Shown: in pieces, positions 22,232-31,401 of the stretch
How positions within the stretch are numbered: the first letter of the stretch is position 1
How the letters are laid out: the number at the start of each line of letters is the position of its first letter
Assembly (NCBI GenBank): GCA_003554865.1
Contig: PWHJ01000050.1
Coordinates: 38,981 to 102,980 of the forward strand
Length of the DNA: 64,000 nucleotides
Reading direction: 5' to 3'
Source of the DNA: Bacteroidota bacterium
Lineage (GTDB): Bacteria; Bacteroidota; Bacteroidia; Bacteroidales; PUMT01
Made by a program: the position numbers and the translations under genes
The notes under the pieces: generated by a model
Told to the model about the DNA's origin: nothing
Seen by the model: the letters and a program-made list of their open reading frames with translations, nothing else
The model's database searches: none

Positions 22232-23725
22232 ATGAAAACAACTGTAAAAATATTGATTGTGGCGATGCTGGTCACAGCAGGATGTTCCTCCGGCACTTAC
22301 CTGTCTACAGGTTATGACGACCTGTATTTCACTCCCGGTGATGAAGATGTAAGAAAAGCAGAATATACCGAAACTCGGGAAACCGAGGAGGAATATTACG
22401 AGTATTATTATGATGATACTGCCTACATCGAGGAAGAGGAAAAAGAAAAGCAGGCATCGGTAATCCATCACCACTATTACGGTCCCCGTTACAGTGATTA
22501 TTACTGGACTACCCGGATCAGAAGATTTCATTATGATTTTCATTGGGGCTTCCATGATCCCTTTTATACCGGGTTTCACTGGCACCGTCCCTATTATACC
22601 GGGTTTCACTGGCACCGTCCCTACTATCACTACAGCTTCCGGTTTGCTTCGCCCTGGCACTACCACGGTTACTGGGGCTATACAGCATGGCATTACAGCC
22701 CCTACAGCTGGTATCGCGGGCATCCTTATGGAGGCTGGTATGGTGGCTGGCACGGACACCGTGGCACGGTTACCTATGCAGAGTATGAGTACGGACAGAG
22801 GCGTTCGACCGGCTCCTACAGAGCTTCCCGTACAACCGGGTCGAACCTGGGTGTAAGGGATTCCGACGGAAGGCGTGTCAGCAGCAGCGCTACATCTACG
22901 GCCACAAGCAGAAGTGGGTTGACAAGAAGTGATGATTCCCGTACAAGCGTAACACGCGCAGGTGATGATTCAAGAACAAGTATTCGCACTGCAGGTGATA
23001 CACGCAGTGCCGGCACCACAACTACCAGGGTGGGAACCACCTCACGGACAGGCACTGAAACTCGTGTGGGAACAACTACGGGAACTTCCAGGACAAGTGT
23101 TGGGACATCGACATCGACAAGGCGAACAGGTACAACAGGTACAAGCGTGGGTACAACCCGGACCGGTACCTCAAGAAGTGTAGGGACATCCCGCACAGGT
23201 ACATCTACACAGCGTGCGGGGACTGCAACAAGGTCTTCCGGATCAACTTCAACCGGAAGAACAGGACGTCCGGATGAGTCATCTGAAGGCTCCGCACAAA
23301 GGGTTGAAGAGTCCGCATCAACTGTGAGAACGCCAACTTATTCACGTCCCGTGTCCGGTTCGACTTACAACAGGAGTACCGCCACTTCCCGGGGAACGAG
23401 TGTGTCCGACGAGAACAGCGGTTACCGGAGACCGACAAGCAGTTCCACCTACAGCAGGCCTGAGGTGAGAACAGACAACAACAGAACAACTACGGTGAGG
23501 ACAGGATCGAGTTCGGACAGAAGATCAACTTCAGTTGGCAGGACAAGCAGCGGCTCCTCTTCATCAAGCAGGGGAACATCAGTATCCAGGCCACCTACAA
23601 GGAGCTCGGGATCTTCCGGATCGTCCGGGAGTTCGGGATCTTCCTCCGGATCAAGAAGTAGTTCAGGCTCTTCATCATCTTCCGGACGCAGCTCCTCTAA
23701 TTCACGTACCGGTGGCGGAAATTAG
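22232..23725 (+). CDS. Low-complexity lipoprotein (acidic/Tyr segment, H/Y/W-rich repeats, long S/T/R/G tail)
   Basis: 497 aa with a lipobox (LVTAGC). Three compositional zones follow in order: a DDLYF...EEEYYEYYYDD acidic zone, FHWHRPYYTG repeats, then about 300 aa of T/S/R/G repeats ending in SSGSSGSSG. Confidence 0.7.
   Translation: MKTTVKILIVAMLVTAGCSSGTYLSTGYDDLYFTPGDEDVRKAEYTETRETEEEYYEYYYDDTAYIEEEEKEKQASVIHHHYYGPRYSDYYWTTRIRRFHYDFHWGFHDPFYTGFHWHRPYYTGFHWHRPYYHYSFRFASPWHYHGYWGYTAWHYSPYSWYRGHPYGGWYGGWHGHRGTVTYAEYEYGQRRSTGSYRASRTTGSNLGVRDSDGRRVSSSATSTATSRSGLTRSDDSRTSVTRAGDDSRTSIRTAGDTRSAGTTTTRVGTTSRTGTETRVGTTTGTSRTSVGTSTSTRRTGTTGTSVGTTRTGTSRSVGTSRTGTSTQRAGTATRSSGSTSTGRTGRPDESSEGSAQRVEESASTVRTPTYSRPVSGSTYNRSTATSRGTSVSDENSGYRRPTSSSTYSRPEVRTDNNRTTTVRTGSSSDRRSTSVGRTSSGSSSSSRGTSVSRPPTRSSGSSGSSGSSGSSSGSRSSSGSSSSSGRSSSNSRTGGGN
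22565..22624 (+). repeat. Perfect 30-bp tandem duplication inside the lipoprotein gene
   Basis: TATACCGGGTTTCACTGGCACCGTCCCTAT occurs twice, encoding YTGFHWHRPY twice. Confidence 0.9.
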
Positions 23726-23757
23726 AAATAAAGTTTTGAAACAAAGAAGTTTAACGA

Positions 23758-23787
23758 GCTCCCTTTCCGGTCTTCAGGAAAGGGAGC
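23758..23787 (+). terminator. Stem-loop after the lipoprotein gene
   Basis: GCTCCCTTTCC-8 nt-GGAAAGGGAGC forms an 11-bp stem. The T tract follows only after a 13-nt gap. Confidence 0.45.
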
Positions 23788-23848
23788 CGTAATAAACTCC
23801 CGTTTTTGTTTAATTTTTATCCTAAAATATAACCTAACAAGTATTAAT

Positions 23849-25324
23849 ATGAAGCGCAAAATTGCCGTCTTTATACTTAGTATAGTATTTATTCCACTGA
23901 CTTTTTCACAAAATGAAACGGATGCTCTTCGTTATTCACAGAGATTTTTCGGCTCTACTGCCAGGTCGGTTTCGATGGGAGGAGCTTTTGCTTCACTGGG
24001 AGGTGATTTTTTCTCTCTTGGTTACAATCCGGCGGGACTTGGAATATACCGAACTCATGAGGTAACTTTTTCCCCTTCGTTTAATTATAACAGTGTTGAA
24101 ACCGAATACATGGGAACGGTACGGGATGATGATCTCTACAGTCTGGGTATAGGTAACTTTGGAGTGGTAGCAAGCTTTAACCGCGAGAATGAGTCGGGAT
24201 GGGTAGGAACCAATATCGGTATCGGGTTTAACAGGCACAATAATTTTAACCGCAACAGAATTATTCAGGGGGTAAATGAAAACAGCTCAATGGCTGATTA
24301 TTTTATGTATAATGCCAATGGTATTGAACCCGAACACCTCGGCGACCTGGAATGGATGGCTTATGAGACCTTTGTGATTGATTTGCAGGAGGGTGAGGGT
24401 GATCTTTATGAAACTCCCGTAATGCTGGGTCAGACCCAGCGTGAAGTTAAGTCGGCGGAAGGCAATGCAGGTGAGTGGACATTTGCTTTTGCAGCCAATT
24501 ACGAGAATATGTTATACCTTGGGGCAAGTTTTGGCGTGGAAACAGTGGATTATGAATCACGCAGGCGATATCACGAGGTAGACGACCAGAACCTGAGCGA
24601 ATTTGATGAGTTCAAGCTTACACAGATCCTCAATACTTCAGGTACCGGAATGACATTCAAGGCGGGTGCAGTTTTAAGGCCGGTGGATATGCTAAGGATA
24701 GGTGGCGCGGTTCATTTGCCCACTTTTTATAACCTGAGGGACAGCTGGGAAGATAGTATGGAATCCTGGTTTGACCCCGCCTCAGAATATTACCCTTCCC
24801 ACTCTGAAGCTATGATTGAGAGGAAAGTTAAGGATTATGCAATAAACACACCCTTCAGGGCAATAGGGGGTGTCTCGCTTATGCTTTTCGACAAGCGCGG
24901 AATACTGAGCTTTGACTATGAACATGTGGATTATTCTTCGATGAGGCTGAGGGAAACTGATGGTGGTTATGATTTTTATGCTGAAAATGAAGAAATACGC
25001 GAATCTTTTACATCTGTCGGCAACCTCAGGGCCGGGGCAGAGCTGAGATTGGGCCCTTTCATGCTCAGGGGAGGTTATGCTTATCATCCAAGTCCTTACG
25101 CTTCCGAAGAGATTAACAGGGGGGCAGATTATACAACATATTCAGGTGGTTTTGGTTTCAGGGAAGGAAACTTTATGATCGATTTTGCTTTCAAAACCTC
25201 CACTCAAAGCGAATACTACTTTTTATACAACTTGCCGGCCGATATATGGGTTCCTCAAATGGAACCGGCAAAGAACAACAATAATTACAACCAGTTTAAG
25301 GCTACCATAGGGTTTAAGTTCTGA
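23849..25324 (+). CDS. Outer-membrane beta-barrel protein (FadL/OmpP1-like or related)
   Basis: 491 aa with a signal peptide. The pattern is an amphipathic beta strand, and the C-terminus ...FKATIGFKF ends in Phe, typical of OMPs. Confidence 0.65.
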   Translation: MKRKIAVFILSIVFIPLTFSQNETDALRYSQRFFGSTARSVSMGGAFASLGGDFFSLGYNPAGLGIYRTHEVTFSPSFNYNSVETEYMGTVRDDDLYSLGIGNFGVVASFNRENESGWVGTNIGIGFNRHNNFNRNRIIQGVNENSSMADYFMYNANGIEPEHLGDLEWMAYETFVIDLQEGEGDLYETPVMLGQTQREVKSAEGNAGEWTFAFAANYENMLYLGASFGVETVDYESRRRYHEVDDQNLSEFDEFKLTQILNTSGTGMTFKAGAVLRPVDMLRIGGAVHLPTFYNLRDSWEDSMESWFDPASEYYPSHSEAMIERKVKDYAINTPFRAIGGVSLMLFDKRGILSFDYEHVDYSSMRLRETDGGYDFYAENEEIRESFTSVGNLRAGAELRLGPFMLRGGYAYHPSPYASEEINRGADYTTYSGGFGFREGNFMIDFAFKTSTQSEYYFLYNLPADIWVPQMEPAKNNNNYNQFKATIGFKF

Positions 25325-25348
25325 AAACCTGCCAGGAGGATAATATAA

Positions 25349-25378
25349 GCCGGAAAGCTTAAGCTTTCCGGCTTTTTT
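25349..25378 (+). terminator. Rho-independent terminator
   Basis: 24-nt perfect palindrome GCCGGAAAGCTT/AAGCTTTCCGGC followed by T6. Confidence 0.8.
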
Positions 25379-25394
25379 CAGTTCTGTGCCACTT

Positions 25395-26048
25395 CTATTT
25401 TACCCCGGCGCTTTTTTCAAGGATCATTTTTGAGTCGGGGCCCGTATTGAAGAGCAGGTCAACTATACTCAGGTTTGGCACAAAGCCCCACTTTTCTGAA
25501 AAAACCTGCCTGTAAGGGGCCGGGGAAAATGAGGGGTCGGGTAAGTTAAACCTTTCCTTCGGGTGTATCCTGCAGCGGAAGTCATCAACTCCTTCACCGG
25601 GGCTTTTTGCGAAATGTCCGGTACATTTTGCCTGCCTGTTTATCTCGAAAATTTCCAGTATTTTTTCCAGTATCATAAAGTTCAGATCAAGAAGGTAAGT
25701 GAATTTACCGGTAAAAAAAGGCATAATATCATCAATATAATATTCGTAAAAAGGTGCTGAACGGTAAGCCGATTCGATAGCAATACGGTGATTGTGCTGC
25801 CAGTTGTAATGATTGTCAATTTTTGCATCCCTTATGGGAGTTTTAACCGTATTGCCTTTGCTTACCGGAATGGTAAGAGGTATCACCCCGTTGGCTGATA
25901 AAATTTTACACCTGTTTCTGTAGGATTGCTTGCAGTAATTTTCGTGGCATTCAATGAGGAAATCTTCATACTGGAGGATTTTTGAAAAGTAATGAATGTT
26001 GGGGAAGTAAGCGGTGGATAACAAAAGATGTGATTTGCCTGTTATCAT
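25395..26048 (-). CDS. WbqC-family protein
   Basis: 217 aa. The family-typical N-terminus is LLSTAYFPNIHYFSKI...CKQSYRNRCKI. Confidence 0.8.
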   Translation of the reverse strand: MITGKSHLLLSTAYFPNIHYFSKILQYEDFLIECHENYCKQSYRNRCKILSANGVIPLTIPVSKGNTVKTPIRDAKIDNHYNWQHNHRIAIESAYRSAPFYEYYIDDIMPFFTGKFTYLLDLNFMILEKILEIFEINRQAKCTGHFAKSPGEGVDDFRCRIHPKERFNLPDPSFSPAPYRQVFSEKWGFVPNLSIVDLLFNTGPDSKMILEKSAGVK

Positions 26049-26126
26049 TTATAAATTTAAAATTTTGATGCCGGGCTGTCAGGATCCTGTTGTCTGCCTC
26101 TGACTATCCAATTAAGTTGAAAATAA

Positions 26127-26157
26127 ATGTGTCTGTCGCAATACGCGACAGACACAT
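26127..26157. repeat. Perfect 13-bp inverted repeat in a divergent intergenic region
   Basis: ATGTGTCTGTCGC-aatac-GCGACAGACACAT. On the minus strand it is followed by TTTATTTTC. Confidence 0.6.
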
Positions 26158-26326
26158 GAAAAATATATAGTGATGCAAAAAACCATTTTTTCCGGCATTT
26201 ATTTAAAGTAAAAAATTATCAGCCAGAATTTTTTTAAGCTAACACTTTTATTTATATTTAACTTTTCAAAAGTATAAAATTTTCATTATATATCAATAAC
26301 TACATTGATTGTTTTTGATTGAATTT

Positions 26327-26334
26327 TATTTTTG
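26327..26334 (+). promoter_or_regulatory. TAnnTTTG -7 box upstream of the DUF362 gene
   Basis: TATTTTTG lies 40 nt upstream of ATG 26374. Confidence 0.4.
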
Positions 26335-26367
26335 CTGTAAATTATATAATATAACAAACTAAAATTT

Positions 26368-27300
26368 GTGAATATGATGAAGCGCAGGGAATTCATAAGA
26401 AAATCGGTGGGTGCCGGAATTGTTGGATCGGCGCTTACTTTTACAGGATATAACAAATTGTTCGGCTCCGCCGTAAGTGACAGTGAATCACCTTACGACC
26501 TGGTAGCTGTTCGCGGCGGGGAACCCGATATTATGTTCGACCGTGCAATTGATGCGCTTGGTGGTCTCGAAAGATTTATAAAGAAAGGACAAACTGTGGT
26601 ATTAAAGCCTAACATGTCGTGGGATGTTCCTCCCGAGAGAGGTGCTAACACTCACCCGGGCCTGATGAGCCATATAGTTAAAAAATGCCTGGAAGCGGGT
26701 GCAAGCCGGGTGTATGCTTTTGACAATACATGTGACAACTGGGTAAGAAGTTACAGAAACAGCGGTGTAGAGGATGCGGTAAATGATGCGGGAGGACGTG
26801 TACTGCCTGCTAATACGGAAGATTATTTCAAAGAGGTGGAGGTTGAAAAGGGGAAACGCCTTACCCGGGCAAAAGTACACGAACTGTTGCTGGACAGTGA
26901 TGTTTACATAAATATACCGGTACTTAAGCATCACGGTGCAACCGGGATTACCATTACTCTCAAGAACCTTATGGGTGTTGTATGGGACAGGCGATACTGG
27001 CATAATAATGACCTGCAACAGTGCATAGCCGATTTCGGAACATGGTACAGAAAACCGGACCTTAACATTGTCGATGCATACAGGGTGATGATGCGTAACG
27101 GTCCGCGCGGCGTTTCAGTTGACGACCTTGTAGAGATGAAAGCACTGATTGCCTCAACCGATATGGTTGCAGCCGATGCAGCCTCGGCAAGTCTTTTTGG
27201 TACAGAGCCGTCGGAGGTAGGCCATATTAAGATAGCTCATGAAATGGGTGTTGGCAACATGAACCTGGAAGAGCTTTCCATTCACCGTATTTCGGTTTAA
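26368..27300 (+). CDS. Tat-signal DUF362-domain protein
   Basis: 310 aa with a twin-arginine leader (MKRREFIRKSVGAGIVGSAL). The remainder is DUF362-like. The likely true start is ATG 26374 or 26377. Confidence 0.75.
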   Translation: MNMMKRREFIRKSVGAGIVGSALTFTGYNKLFGSAVSDSESPYDLVAVRGGEPDIMFDRAIDALGGLERFIKKGQTVVLKPNMSWDVPPERGANTHPGLMSHIVKKCLEAGASRVYAFDNTCDNWVRSYRNSGVEDAVNDAGGRVLPANTEDYFKEVEVEKGKRLTRAKVHELLLDSDVYINIPVLKHHGATGITITLKNLMGVVWDRRYWHNNDLQQCIADFGTWYRKPDLNIVDAYRVMMRNGPRGVSVDDLVEMKALIASTDMVAADAASASLFGTEPSEVGHIKIAHEMGVGNMNLEELSIHRISV

Positions 27301-27390
27301 CCTGCAACAGACAACTTTTTTCATTTACTTTGCCGTTGGTCGCCGGCCGAAAGGTATGTGTAGATTGTATAATATTTATATATCCTGACA

Positions 27391-28998
27391 ATGCAAAAAC
27401 ATCTAAAGCCCCTTAGAGTCATAATATCTTTATTTTTTCTGATAACTGCTTCATTAATATTTATCGATTTCAGGGAGTTTTTTTCAGAATCTTTCATTTC
27501 CGGATTTTTATCCCTTCAGTTTGCCCCATCGGTAATGCGCTTCATCCATATATTGGGTATAAGTTTTTTCGGTTTTCTGTTTATACTTCTGCTTACTGCG
27601 CTTTTCGGGCGTGTTTATTGTTCAACCATTTGTCCGCTCGGCATTTTCCAGGATGTGATATCGTGGATTTCAAAAAAGGTAAGGAGAAAAAAACGACCTT
27701 ACAGCTATTCCCCGCCGCGGAACAAGCTTCGATATTCACTGCTGGCAGTTACGGTGATATTCCTTCTTTTCGGCAGTGTTCTGGCTTTGAACCTGCTTGA
27801 TCCCTACAGCAATTTCGGTCGCTTTTTCACCTATTTTGCAAAACCTGTTGCCGTTTGGGTGAACAACAACCTTACCGGCATAGTGGGTGGTTATACATTA
27901 TACCGTGTCAGTATACCTCCAATTCCCTGGCAGACCGCAGTTTTCCCTGCCCTTATGCTAGTTCTGGTTGTGGGGTTGTCATACAAATACGGCAGGCTTT
28001 ATTGCAATACCATTTGTCCGGTAGGTACCTTTTTGGGACTGATTTCGAAATATTCACTTTTCAGGATCAGGATAGGGGAGAAGTGCACGGGCTGTGCGCA
28101 TTGCGTCAGGGTTTGCAAATCCTCTTGTATAGACTTTAAAACCAAAGGGATCGATTTTACAAGATGTGTCAACTGCATGAACTGCCTGAGGGTTTGTGAG
28201 GCTGTCAGATACCGTTACAGCGGCGCTCCTGCTCTTCAAAGAGTTTCAGTTTCCAGTGAAGCAAATGAAAAGACGGATAAAAGCAAGCGACAATTTCTGC
28301 TGATGGTCGTTGCATCGCTGCTGGGACTAAAAAGCATTGCATCGGCTGCAAACAGCAGGCAAACAACCACCAATCGTGCCAGGAGACGCAATCAGGGTGA
28401 TGAGCCTGAAATGTCGCGAGAGTCGACTATCCCTGAAAACCGGCAAAACCCGGTTTCCCCGCCCGGTTCTGTAAGCATTGAAAAATTCAACAAGTCGTGC
28501 ACGGCTTGCGGGTTGTGTGTAAGCGAGTGTCCGGGACATGTTTTACAGCCTTCTTTTATGGAATATGGACTGATCGGGTTTATGCAGCCCCACATGGATT
28601 TTCGTTCCGGATTCTGCAATTTCGACTGCACAAAATGCGGAGAGATTTGTCCGACGGGAGCCATACAACCTCTGACCGTTGAGAAGAAGCATCGTACACA
28701 GACGGGAGTGGCCATTTTTATTCAGGAGAACTGCATTGTGTTTGTAGATCACACCGACTGCGGTGCGTGCTCGGAGCATTGTCCCACCAGGGCGGTTGAT
28801 ATGGTGCCTTTCACCGGCAATCTTCATATTCCGGAAGTTACCGAGAATATATGTATCGGCTGCGGGGCATGCGAATACGCTTGTCCGGTGGAGCCCTACA
28901 AGGCAATATATGTGGAAGGTAATCCAAGGCATGAGCTGGCCGACAGGCCGGAGCATGAGAAGCTGGAACAGCCCGATACGGAAGACTTCCCTTTCTAA
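27391..28998 (+). CDS. Membrane-bound polyferredoxin (NapH/MauN-like TM domain plus multiple 4Fe-4S motifs)
   Basis: 535 aa with several TM helices carrying CxxxCP motifs (CSTICPLG, CNTICPVG). At least six CxxCxxC(xxx)C(P) clusters are present, for example CTGCAHCVRVC, CTACGLCVSECP, CGACSEHCP and CIGCGACEYACP. Confidence 0.8.
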   Translation: MQKHLKPLRVIISLFFLITASLIFIDFREFFSESFISGFLSLQFAPSVMRFIHILGISFFGFLFILLLTALFGRVYCSTICPLGIFQDVISWISKKVRRKKRPYSYSPPRNKLRYSLLAVTVIFLLFGSVLALNLLDPYSNFGRFFTYFAKPVAVWVNNNLTGIVGGYTLYRVSIPPIPWQTAVFPALMLVLVVGLSYKYGRLYCNTICPVGTFLGLISKYSLFRIRIGEKCTGCAHCVRVCKSSCIDFKTKGIDFTRCVNCMNCLRVCEAVRYRYSGAPALQRVSVSSEANEKTDKSKRQFLLMVVASLLGLKSIASAANSRQTTTNRARRRNQGDEPEMSRESTIPENRQNPVSPPGSVSIEKFNKSCTACGLCVSECPGHVLQPSFMEYGLIGFMQPHMDFRSGFCNFDCTKCGEICPTGAIQPLTVEKKHRTQTGVAIFIQENCIVFVDHTDCGACSEHCPTRAVDMVPFTGNLHIPEVTENICIGCGACEYACPVEPYKAIYVEGNPRHELADRPEHEKLEQPDTEDFPF

Positions 28999-30392
28999 CG
29001 GATGCCTGAAAAGATACGGTTCCCCCTTATCCTGCCAAGTCCGCTGCCGTGAGGATCCAGTGACAGCCATATGAACATGGGACTGCCGACAATATGATCC
29101 TGGGGCACAAAACCCCAGTATCTTGAATCAAGTGAATTGTGCCTGTTGTCGCCGATCATAAAAAAGTAGTCCATTTCAAAGGTATAGGAACCGGTTTTTT
29201 CTCCGTTTATGAAAATTTCCCCGTTTTCAATCTTCAGATCGTTCTTCTCATATGCCTCTATGATACGCTCATATTTAGATATGTTGCCGGTGTCTATCTC
29301 CACCGTTTTCCCTTCCCGGGGTATGGCAAGCGGACCGAAATGGTCTTCGTTCCATGGGTAGGAGGGGTCATTGGGGAAGACAAACGGACTGAAGTTGCCT
29401 TCTTTGCTTTCCCACCTTGTCGCGGATTCCACATTGGGAAAATCGAGTATTTTTTCCGCTTTTTCGCGGGTCAGGGGTACGAAATATTCAGAAGAGCTGT
29501 AGCTCATTACTTCGTCGGGGTTTACTCCCATATCATTCAGCGCCCTTCTGTTCAGGGGAGAACCGTCTGTGCGGACAATGTGCTGATGCTGAATGGTTTC
29601 AATGCCGGCATCAAAGGAGTCGCCGTTTACAAATATTTCCCCGTTTATGATCTCAAGGGTGTCACCGGGCAGACCGACACATCTTTTTATGTAATTGTCG
29701 CGCTTGTCAACCGGACGCGATATTACCGTGAAATTTTCGTGGATATGCTCCCTGGCTCTTGCCATGTACCTGTTGACCTCCTGACTGCTTCCATCCCTGA
29801 AAAGGCGGTTGCCGCCAAGCTCTTGTGCATACTGCATCATCACGTTGTAATAGCTTTGATCCTGCATCTCCAGTATGACTGTGTCACCGGCGGGAAAATT
29901 GAAGACCACAATATCGTTGTTCTCTATCTCCCTTAATCCGGCAAGCCTCTTGTAAGGCCACTTAACCCATTCAACATATGACTTCACACTTTCTGTCAGG
30001 GGCATGGTATGGTGTGCAAAAGGAAAGGAAATTGGGGTGTTTGGCATTTTTGGACCGTAAGTGAGCTTGCTTACAAACAGGTGATCGCCCACCAGCAGTG
30101 ATTTTTCCATTGAGCCGGTAGGTATTTTATAGTTCTGGAAAAAGAAGATATTAATGAAGGTAACGGCAATAACGGCAAAGATCAGTGCATCCAGCCATTC
30201 GATAAAGGTGCTGTTCTTTCCTTCTCTTTTCTTCCAGAAGGTCCAGTTAACCTTTTTGGTTATATATATATCAAAAATAACCGGCAGTCCGAGTAAAAAC
30301 CAGTAATTGCCCAGCCAGATCACCCAGAGGATATAGGCCAGTGAAACCAGCCCGCATTTTATATAAGCCGCGTATTTATTTAAAAATTGCAT
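28995..30392 (-). CDS. lepB: Signal peptidase I (large Bacteroidota type)
   Basis: 465 aa. The S26 motifs are GSMEKSL (Ser), YIKRCVGLPGD (Lys) and GDNRHNSLDSRYWGFV. Confidence 0.9.
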   Translation of the reverse strand: MQFLNKYAAYIKCGLVSLAYILWVIWLGNYWFLLGLPVIFDIYITKKVNWTFWKKREGKNSTFIEWLDALIFAVIAVTFINIFFFQNYKIPTGSMEKSLLVGDHLFVSKLTYGPKMPNTPISFPFAHHTMPLTESVKSYVEWVKWPYKRLAGLREIENNDIVVFNFPAGDTVILEMQDQSYYNVMMQYAQELGGNRLFRDGSSQEVNRYMARAREHIHENFTVISRPVDKRDNYIKRCVGLPGDTLEIINGEIFVNGDSFDAGIETIQHQHIVRTDGSPLNRRALNDMGVNPDEVMSYSSSEYFVPLTREKAEKILDFPNVESATRWESKEGNFSPFVFPNDPSYPWNEDHFGPLAIPREGKTVEIDTGNISKYERIIEAYEKNDLKIENGEIFINGEKTGSYTFEMDYFFMIGDNRHNSLDSRYWGFVPQDHIVGSPMFIWLSLDPHGSGLGRIRGNRIFSGIR

Positions 30393-30476
30393 CTGTGATT
30401 GTTGTGTTAGTATTAAATATTTGTGGATTAATTATTATTTGCATTTGCGCTTTTTACAGGTCAGCCGGCACAGGGT

Positions 30477-31196
30477 TTAATCAAGTCCGAGGAGATCTTT
30501 CATTGAATAGACCCCTTTTTTACCCTTTACAAATTCCCCTGCAGCTACGGCACCTTCTGCGAACCCTTTTCTGCCGAGTGCACGGTGCGATATTTCTATC
30601 TCATCAAAGACCGATTTGTAGCTTACAATATGTGTACCCGGCACCTCCCCTTTTCTCTCGGATTTTATCGGGACAAGAGAAGGGGAGCCCTCCTGTTTAC
30701 CGGTCCATCCTTCTACCTTTTTCAGTTTTGATTTCAGGTCATCGGCCAGTTTAATAGCCGTACCGCTTGGTGCATCCTTTTTATGAACGTGATGGACCTC
30801 GTATATATTGACCCTGTATTGCGGAAAGTGGTCCATTACCCCGGCCAGCCACCTGTTGAGGCTGAAGAGTATATTTACCCCCAGACTGAAGTTTGAGGCA
30901 TGAAACAGGCAGCCCTCCTTTTCCCGGCAAATCTTTTCGGCCTCTTCCATTTTATCACCCCATCCGGTTGTGCCGCTAACTACCGGTATCCGGGCCTCAA
31001 AGCATTGAATAATATTTTCAAAGGCAGAGGAGGGAGTTGAGAATTCAATTGCCACGTCGGCTTTTGAAAGGTTGTCTGCGGTAAGCTCTGAAGTGTTCTC
31101 CCGGGTTATTTTCAAAATCGTTTCATGACCTCTTTCATGGGCAACCTTTTCAATTTCCCTGCCCATTTTCCCGTATCCAATAATGGCAATTTTCAT
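30477..31196 (-). CDS. dapB: 4-hydroxy-tetrahydrodipicolinate reductase
   Basis: 239 aa. It has an NAD(P) fold (MKIAIIGYGKMG) and the catalytic block EVHHVHKKDAPSGTA. Confidence 0.9.
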   Translation of the reverse strand: MKIAIIGYGKMGREIEKVAHERGHETILKITRENTSELTADNLSKADVAIEFSTPSSAFENIIQCFEARIPVVSGTTGWGDKMEEAEKICREKEGCLFHASNFSLGVNILFSLNRWLAGVMDHFPQYRVNIYEVHHVHKKDAPSGTAIKLADDLKSKLKKVEGWTGKQEGSPSLVPIKSERKGEVPGTHIVSYKSVFDEIEISHRALGRKGFAEGAVAAGEFVKGKKGVYSMKDLLGLD

Positions 31197-31361
31197 TTTA
31201 AATCAATATTCAGTGAGTTATTGCGGTGTGTCAATCATGTTTATGTCTTTAGCAGGGCCCCATGATTTTTCATCTTATTTTGTCTGTCAAAGGCTGATGG
31301 TGGAGCTTTTTTTATAAGTGATTGTCAATATTTAAAAGCACAGGTAAAAATAAAAAAAGGG

Positions 31362-31392
31362 AAACAATTATGCTTCCCTTTTAAAGAGTTAT
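31362..31392 (-). terminator. Rho-independent terminator after rplT
   Basis: On the minus strand, AAAGGGAA-10 nt-TTCCCTTT is followed by T7. Confidence 0.7.
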
Positions 31393-31401
31393 TCCTTTTT
31401 A

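Noticed and set aside
22151-22759. 202-aa minus-strand ORF, plus ORFs 22494..22856, 22816..23196, 22962..23183, 23205..23489 and 23535..23792
   Set aside because: All are alternative-frame or antisense readings of the repetitive low-complexity lipoprotein gene. The lack of stop codons is a by-product of the biased repeats.
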